Below are positions 56,969 to 64,000 of a DNA stretch of 64,000 nucleotides, in pieces (the first letter of the stretch is position 1; each line of letters opens with the position of its first letter). The stretch is from the human T2T-CHM13v2.0 reference genome, Homo sapiens. The stretch spans positions 40,864,001-40,928,000 of the forward strand of contig CP068257.2 in assembly GCA_009914755.4 (NCBI GenBank), read 5' to 3'. The notes beneath the pieces are model-generated. The model was not told the origin of the DNA. It saw nothing but the letters and a program-made list of their open reading frames with translations, and did not search any database. A program made the position numbers and the translations under genes.

Positions 56969-59261
56969 CGGTTTTCTGTGTTCTTCCAGAAGATTGGCAC
57001 CTTTCTTCTCCCACCCCCACCCTCCACCCGCGATGGCATCTGCTGTTTATTTTTGTTGCTGTTCTGTGTGTTGCATGGACGCTTTAGCAGCCGTGACGCC
57101 CGCGTCTTCACAGGGCCCACTCAGCCTCCCGCCTCACATAAGTGTGGAGTTCAGTTGCTGCAGAGGCTTTTGCCTGATCAGTTTTTAATATCTACCTGAT
57201 GTCACAGGTTGATTTTGTATGTAACTTGTTGAAAGGCACTTGTGTAAAAAGGTGTAAAGAAAGCTGCTTTTATGAAAGCAGACGTTTCCCAAAGGACTTG
57301 ACCCCCTCCCCAAGTATTTCCGCAGGGATGGTGTGGCTATGCAGAGGTGAGGGTGCTTCCCTGAAGTGCTTTGGTGAGAATTTGCTCACCTGGCGAGGGG
57401 TTTGCTTACCAGTTCATCTTAACCTAATTAAGTTTGCATTGTCTCTGGAACGCCACGTTTGGGGGATAAAACTCATAGAAATACTGAAATATAGCAATGT
57501 TGTTGAAAACCTGTGGTTATGTAAATATCCTCAGAACTCTTTGTGCTGGAGTAATATGAAATCTCGATGGCTTTGGCAGCAGCCTTCCAACAGGTCTGCG
57601 GGGTGCGGGTGAAGGTGACCTTTCCAACATCAAGGAGAAGGGCCAGAGAGGCGCCCGGACTCACAGTGGCCCTTTCCTGGACCCTTCCCAGGGGCGGAGG
57701 GCCAGAGAGGCACACTCCGATTATGGTCCATCTTTATAGTAACGCTGGGACACAGGCATTGTCATGCCAACTCCATAACTGATGGCCAGGGAGTGTAAGT
57801 GATGTCACCAAGGCCAGAAGCCACAGAGAGGCACCAAGATCCCAGCTTAGGCCTGTCTGCTGCCGAAGCCTATATCCCTAACCAGGATGTGAGACCCCCA
57901 CTCATTACATAACAAAACTAGGAAAACTTTTCTGCTTATTTATGAAAAAAAGGGAACATTTCTAATCGGATATGTTTTCCACAGGTGGTTCCTCCCCAGA
58001 AATATTAAATCACAAAGGATATAAAATTCTGTTTTAAGCGGCGGCCTGCAGAATCTCTTTTTCCTTTCTTCTGCACCAGGTTAATGTTAGAAACTTCAGC
58101 TTCTCCCTGCACATGATTCTCCCTCAGCCGGGGAATGTCCTGTATTCCTGCCCTAGCTGTGGCTTTCTTCAGTCAGAGGTGAATTGTAGTGGCGATGCTT
58201 AGGCCCTTTGGGCGTGGCCAGATTGACTTCCATGGGAGGCAGCAGGGAAAGGTGGGCAGAAACACCTGGCTTCTGAAGGTGCCAAGGAGAAGTGTTCAAC
58301 AAGGCGGCGGGTGAACAGAGAAAGGCCACAGATACCAGCTTGATACAGAGAGGAAGGGCTGCAGGCACCCGCCCTGGGTCTCACGATCACACTCCCAGCC
58401 CCTCACGTCCACCTTGGGTGGAGAACTTAAAACACAAGCAGGAGCAGCCAGGGGGACCCAAGCAGTTGGGGAGCAAATGAAAGCACTCTCTTCCTGAGAT
58501 GCCAGGAGGTCAGCATGGCGCCTCCAGGGAGGACCAGCTCTGCCAAGGGAGCTGCTGGGCAGATGATGACTTTGCATTGTAAAGTAGAGCCCTTGGCTAG
58601 TTTTTGGGGACAGTGTTTAATTATAGCAGAACAGCCCAGTGATGACGGCAGAGTCACGTGACCGTGGAGCAGCTGCATCCCGTGTGACATGCCGGGACTC
58701 AGTGACGTGGCCCACGTGCTGCCAGCTGTAAATCAGGGTGTCTAGCTCCGATTCAAAAGCCCTGGCCTTTTGAAAGTGGCCAGCCTTGTTGGCCACTCCC
58801 TCCTGAAGAGGGGGGGCAGGACTTCCGGCTGCTGCCTGCCTGGGCACTGGGGTGGCTCCCTGCCCAGCGTTCTGTGCCCTGACCTGGAGCCAGCTTTGTG
58901 CACTGCCCTCCAGACCCCTGGCCTCTCTCAGGTTCCAGCTCACGAGGACACCCCTCTGGTATCACGGGCACTGAATGGGCACTCGATCCCCCTAAGGGAC
59001 ACCCCTCTGACCACAAGGACTTCACTTGCCGCCATCACTCACGCTTGATGGGGCAACTCCTTTGAATCTTGAATAGTGCAGAATGATCACTACAGAGACC
59101 CCTGAGAAGAGAAGCATGGGAGCGACAGAGGCCACCAGGGAGGGACACACAGTCACAGAGCACATTCTGTCTTCCTCAGTTTCCCCCGCAACAAGACGAG
59201 CCCCTGCCACATGTGGCGCTGTCCTGGAAGTGTTGTTCCTCTTCCCAAGGAATGCGCTGAG

Positions 59262-59362
59262 GAAGAGCCCACTTAGGCCCCTCTGCCTCCCAACGAGAAG
59301 CACCCACTCAGGCCCCTCTGCCTCCCAACGAGAAGCACCCACTCAGGCCCCTCTGCCTCCCG
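59262..59362. repeat. 3 x ~36-bp tandem repeat (cccact[c/t]aggcccctctgcctcccaacgagaagcac)
   Basis: ccacttaggcccctctgcctcccaacgagaagcacccactcaggcccctctgcctcccaacgagaagcacccactcaggcccctctgcctcccgaca. Confidence 0.9.
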
Positions 59363-60409
59363 ACACATGAGCTTTCCTCTCTGCCCAGGGTTTGTTTCAC
59401 AAGGGCCGTGTCATCCTAAGCTCTGTGCAAAAAGCCTGGTGTTCAGCGTCACAGGTCCCAGTGACTTCTGTAACTGGGCAGCAGCCTTGTCTGCAGAGGG
59501 GGAGACCGAGGCAGGGGCAGCAAGTAACATGCTCACACAGCCAGTCACCAAACTCCAGGGCGATGGCTTTCCCCTCCTCCCACCTCCCAGACAAGTGTCT
59601 CCAACCCTGGCCCTGCTTGCTGGTTCTGTGGACAGTTTGGTGGGTGGGTGGTCCCCTGCCCCAGGGATATTTTTAAATTGAGGTATGATTTACACTTACT
59701 AAGTATACAAATCTTCAGTGTACAGTTTGGCAGATCTGTACATGCCCATAGGGGTAGTCATCCTCTAGGTTAAGGGATGGACCCTTTCTGGCTCCCAGAC
59801 AGCTCCCCATCCCCTGTCCCACATTGTCCCCCTTTAGGTAACCGTGACTCTCACCTCTAGCCGCATGGATTCGTTGCCCATGCTTGGACTTCCTATGAGT
59901 GGAATGCTGCAGTCTGTACTCTTTCATGTCTGCCTCCTTCTGCTTCATGTTATGTTTGTGAGGTTCATCCTCATTGTTGCCTGGACCTGTAACTTGTTCT
60001 TTTTCACGGGTGTGTAGCATTCAGTTGTGTGAATCTAGGAAAATGTACCCCTTCTTCCTTGTGGACAGGTGGTCAAGGATGACAGGCAGTCGGCTTTCAG
60101 CTTGGAGCTCTTAGAACTAAAACTGCTCCCGAGGCTCGTCTTCCGGTGGCATATGAAGATGGCTTATGTTCGTCACGTGCTCAGGAGTGGGGTTGCTGGA
60201 GAGTCCTGCTGAAACGTCACCAGCAGGCATTCTTGTGGGTCCTGCAGACACACCGCCAGCAGCGCCTTGTGTCCCTCTTAGAATGCAGGGTGCAGGTGCC
60301 CTGGGCAGGCTGCTGGGAGAGGAGGGGTGACTGTTCCTCTCTGTGCCCCATGCTGAGCCTCACTGAGGGCACTTCCTCTCCCTGCTTCTGCCCTCCCATC
60401 ACGTCCCAG

Positions 60410-60542
60410 GGTGAGCTCCACAAGTACTGCACTGCTTGGGATGAAGCTGACGTCAGGTTCAGCAGCCAGAACAGGAAGTCTGGGTCCGCTGCCCCCCACC
60501 AGCTCCCTGACAATGAGACCGACTGTGGCTGGGCACCGTTTG
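60410..60542 (+). CDS. SLC37A1: SLC37A1 coding exon 3: GELHKYCTAWDEADVRFSSQNRKSGSAAPHQLPDNETDCGWAPF(D)
   Basis: Acceptor cgtcccag|GGTGAG and donor CCGTTTG|gtaagt. Only this 133-nt core of track ORF 60146..60895 is exonic. Confidence 0.88.
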
Positions 60543-61183
60543 GTAAGTCGATTATCGGTCCGTCCAGGAGCCGAAGCGGCTGTCCTTCCAGCCTTGCTAT
60601 TAATCACTTTAGCAGCAGTAATGCTGTTCCCAGATGTAACTGCATTTCCATGACAGCCCTCTCCTACCAAAAAGCACATGACTTCACCGCCACGGTGTCC
60701 ACAGTGCCTGTGCGCAGAGCTGTTCCTCCTGAAAGAAGGTTCTCTTTATGGGGAAATGTGCTGAAGATCATTTGCATTTTGTATTTTGGACTTGCAGGGC
60801 ATAGTTCTGTGGGTGAGAAGAAGAGAGAGACACGAGGCGCTGGTGTGGGTGCTGGCCTAGGCAGGTGTGCTGCAGAAAAGCCAGTGGACACGTAAAAGAA
60901 AAGGCATCAATCAAATGTGCAGCCACCATGCACAATGGGGATTTTATCTCATCTGAATGACGCCTGTATTATATTTAGTGATTATTTGAAACTGCGGTGA
61001 CTTCATTTTCCTTTGCAAGAAACTGAACGGAAAATGCACCGCCTTGTTTTCTATGTGGAAAACCACGCGTTTCACTAAGTACACCCCGATTTCGGGAACA
61101 GATGCTTTGTGTTTTATAGCCGTGCTCTAGAACATAAACTAAACAATACTGAGCTTGTCCTGCTGGTTTTCAAATTCATATAG

Positions 61184-61262
61184 ATAAGAACAACTATCAG
61201 CAGCTGCTTGGGGCCCTGGACTACTCCTTCCTGTGCGCCTATGCCGTGGGGATGTACCTCAG
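61184..61262 (+). CDS. SLC37A1: SLC37A1 coding exon 4: (D)KNNYQQLLGALDYSFLCAYAVGMYL(S)
   Basis: Acceptor ttcatatag|ATAAGAAC and donor CCTCAG|gtaggt. Phase G|AT = Asp with exon 3. Confidence 0.88.
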
Positions 61263-61739
61263 GTAGGTCTCCTTCAGTTTTCCAGACCCTTCCTGGTTAC
61301 CTGGCCCCTCCGTGCAGAGAAGACATCCGCTATGCTGAAGTGCACAGGCGCGCGGGATTGAGGCCCCCGCTTGCCACTGGCTTCCCTGCTGTTCCCTTCC
61401 CAAAGACGAGGCCAAGCTTAGGAGAGAGCAAGTGCGTGTGCTGTGCCCACAACACAGGACCTCGAGGCAGAGGATTTCCGTGTCCCGGGCACTGTGCCAA
61501 TTGACACAGGCTGCCCTCAGCTTTCCTGGCCCTGAAGTTTAGGACCTACCATGAATCCTGCCAATCCTGGGACGTGGTCATTCAGGAACAGAGGACTAGT
61601 TTCCTGTTCAGCAGAGCCCAACCTCTCCTGTGGTTCAGAGGTTGCCATCTGTTTACATGCCCCAAATAACGAATTTCACCTGATGATCGAAACAGTTGAC
61701 ACAGGATGTGCTGAACAGCTCTACCTGGATGCCCAGCTT

Positions 61740-62095
61740 GGCCCCAGAACTCTGAGCACAGCAGAGGCAGCCATGCATGGCGGGTGGGGAACTCCAGAGA
61801 GAGACCGGCTCGGATCTGAGTCCCAGCTCTGAGTACAGCAGAGGCAGCTCTGCGTGGTGGGCAGGGAACTCCAGAGAGACACCAGCTGGGATCTGAACCC
61901 CAGCTCTACCACCTGCTAGGATGTGGCCTTGAGCAAGTTACTATACCTCTTTGGGCCTCAGTTTCCCCTTTGCAACATGGAGGAAATAATAGTTCTTATG
62001 TCATAGGATTGGGGCAAAGATTGAGTTAATGTATGTAGAAGCTCACAACGGTGCCTGGCCTGTGCTGCCAGCCCAGCCCATTCTTGATCCCACTT
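61740..62095 (+). mobile_element. MIR element whose 5' segment (~70 bp) is tandemly duplicated
   Basis: ...aactccagagagacaccagctgggatctgaaccccagctctaccacctgctaggatgtggccttgagcaagttactatacctctttgggcctcagtttcccctttgcaacatggaggaaataatagttcttatgtcataggattg...gtgcctggcc. The preceding copy is ctccagagagagaccggctcggatctgagtcccagctctgag. Confidence 0.7.
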
Positions 62096-64000
62096 TGAAC
62101 TGACCAAGGCAGGTGGTGAATATTATATGGGTCATAGGACGTGTGATTGGCTGATTAAAAACTGCTATTGTGTCAGTCCAGCCAGGTTTTTTTTTAAAGG
62201 CAGTATAGGGATGTTCTAGCCCATTTTCTGTTGCTATTAGCACAATATCTGAGCTTGAGTAATTTATAATGAAAAAAGGTGTATTTAGCTTTTATCTAAC
62301 TGGGAAGTTCAAGATTGGGCAGCTGCATCTGGCAAGAGCCTCGTGCCACATTGTAATGTGGTGGAGGGCGTCACCTAGCAGAGGCCCCTGTGAGATGGGT
62401 TAGCAGTGAGCAGGGCATACAAAACAGACACAGCACAGGGGTGACGTTGCTTTATAGCAACCAGCTCTCACCTCTCACAATAGCTCATCAGTCCTGAGAG
62501 CGCGGCCACTCACTCCTGCGGATTCATTCCTTCGTCAAGGCGGATCCCTCATGACCCAAATGCCCTTCAAAGCTCCCTGTACCTCTCAACACAGTTATAC
62601 TGGGGACCAAGCCTCAACACAAGTTTTGATGGAGACCAACCATAGTCACACCACAGCCAGAGACTGAGGCATGTGGTCCCAAGAGGCTTTTGTTCAGAGA
62701 CAGAGGTCTTTACCGCCTGGAGAAACCCAGGGATCCCCATAAATGTTTAGCTGCTTCCCTGAGACCTGCCCAGAGTGTAGGATCATCAAGACCTGGGCCC
62801 CCCTACCCCGCTCAGAGCCCTGGTGGGTGGTTGGTGCCCAGGCAGGCAGTGTCTGCTATTGGAGGAGAGTGCATAGCTCTCCCTTTATTGAACGTGTGTA
62901 TTTGCCTCCTGCTGCAGAACTTGTCTGAGTGAACAAATGAATAATAAAGATTTGGAATCCCAGAGTGTGTGGTGTGCAGCAGACCAGGAGCCTAGCTGGA
63001 GAGTGTGGTGTGTACCTGGGGCTTCCTTAGCGCTTGGGTCTCAGCCAGGCTGCCAGACCTTCTCCACTTTGAGGTCAAATGTTTATATTCCCCACACTGC
63101 AGTCTTACTGAACACAAATAATCTGTGGTATAAAAAGACCCAAAGTGGGAGTGTGTTTTTCTCAGTTACTGGAAAACTGCATTTAAATCTGGTTCTCAGC
63201 TGGGGGCAGTTTTGTCTCCTAGGGGACATTTAGTAATGTCTAGAGACATTTGTGGGTGTCACAGCCAGGGAAGGGATGTTGCTGGCATCTAGTGGCTAGA
63301 AACCAGGGTGCTGCTAAACATCCTACAACACACAGGACAGCCCCTAACACCACAGAATTACCGGAGCCAAAGTATCAATAGTGCTGGGGTTCAGAAAGCC
63401 TGCTTTAAGTAAATAAACTGGTTTCTTGTTGCTTATTTACGGTAAAGATAATTCTTATGCAACTTGTCAGTAAGGTTATTAAAACAAAATTTGGTCTAAT
63501 GTGACATCTACACAGTAAACTCATGACTGAAAACAAGGGCACATGCTGCTGCATTGAAGGGGCCTTTTTGTGTGACAGTCCCTACCTGAGGTCTCAGTGA
63601 TGGGTGCTGTTTTGTTCGCTATGTCAGATGAAATCAGATCTGATAGGGTACAGCCATTCAGCCCAGGTACTGCCTGGTGGGTTCAAGCAGGTGCAGCGTG
63701 GACTTGAATCCCTGTATGAGTCCCATGTAATGTGAAATGGTGTTTGTTCAATTAGACCTTTTCTTTAAAATTTTTCAGTAGAGATCAAAGTAGGCCCAAA
63801 TCATATAGCAAGATTAGAGAATACTTCTAAGCCTAGCCAGCAGCACCCAGCTCTCAGGAGCCCATCTGGTTGTGCCAGCTGTGCTGTGACCTGGGCAGGT
63901 CAGCCAGCCTCTCAGGGACCTATCTCCTGGTCTCTGAAGTGGGCAGGTTGAAGTCAGTAACTCTCTAGCTCTACAATGCTCTTGAGTCTGTGTGTGGTGA

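Noticed and set aside
60146-60895. 249-aa plus-strand ORF suggesting a single large coding gene
   Set aside because: Only 60410-60542 is exonic (SLC37A1, flanked by AG and GT). The rest is intron that happens to stay open.

Overview
This window is primate (almost certainly human) nuclear DNA, not a prokaryotic or accessory-genome region. Fourteen Alu elements, L1, MaLR-LTR and MIR fragments, two CpG islands and GT-AG introns all point that way. By peptide recognition it matches the head-to-head RSPH1 / SLC37A1 locus of human chr21q22.3. Minus strand: eight RSPH1 coding exons (radial spoke head 1, MORN-repeat protein) lie at 21903 down to 1408, each with canonical splice sites. The MSDLGSEELEEEGENDIG start exon sits in a CpG island at ~21.6-22.5 kb, and the last RSPH1 exon falls left of the window. 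Plus strand: a second, very GC-rich CpG island at ~38.9-40.4 kb carries candidate non-coding first-exon donors. It is followed by four SLC37A1 coding exons at 44156-44211, 51476-51557, 60410-60542 and 61184-61262 (MARLPAGIRFIISFSRDQW / YRAFIFILTFLLYASFHLSRKPISIVK / GELHKYCTAWDEADVRF... / DKNNYQQLLGALDYSF...). The rest is intron and intergenic sequence full of repeats. The supplied six-frame ORF track is mostly an artefact here, because eukaryotic exons are short and the long ORFs fall in CpG islands, a minisatellite and Alus. I found no CRISPR array, no operon and no defence system. The points worth a second look are regulatory and structural: a ~100-bp tandem-duplicated CCAAT / GC-box / TAGCAAC (RFX half-site-like) module in the bidirectional promoter; a 31-41-bp VNTR abutting an RSPH1 splice donor; a 450-bp (GGTT)n array; and several smaller tandem and dispersed duplications. 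Gene identities rest on recalled protein sequences and were not checked against a database here.
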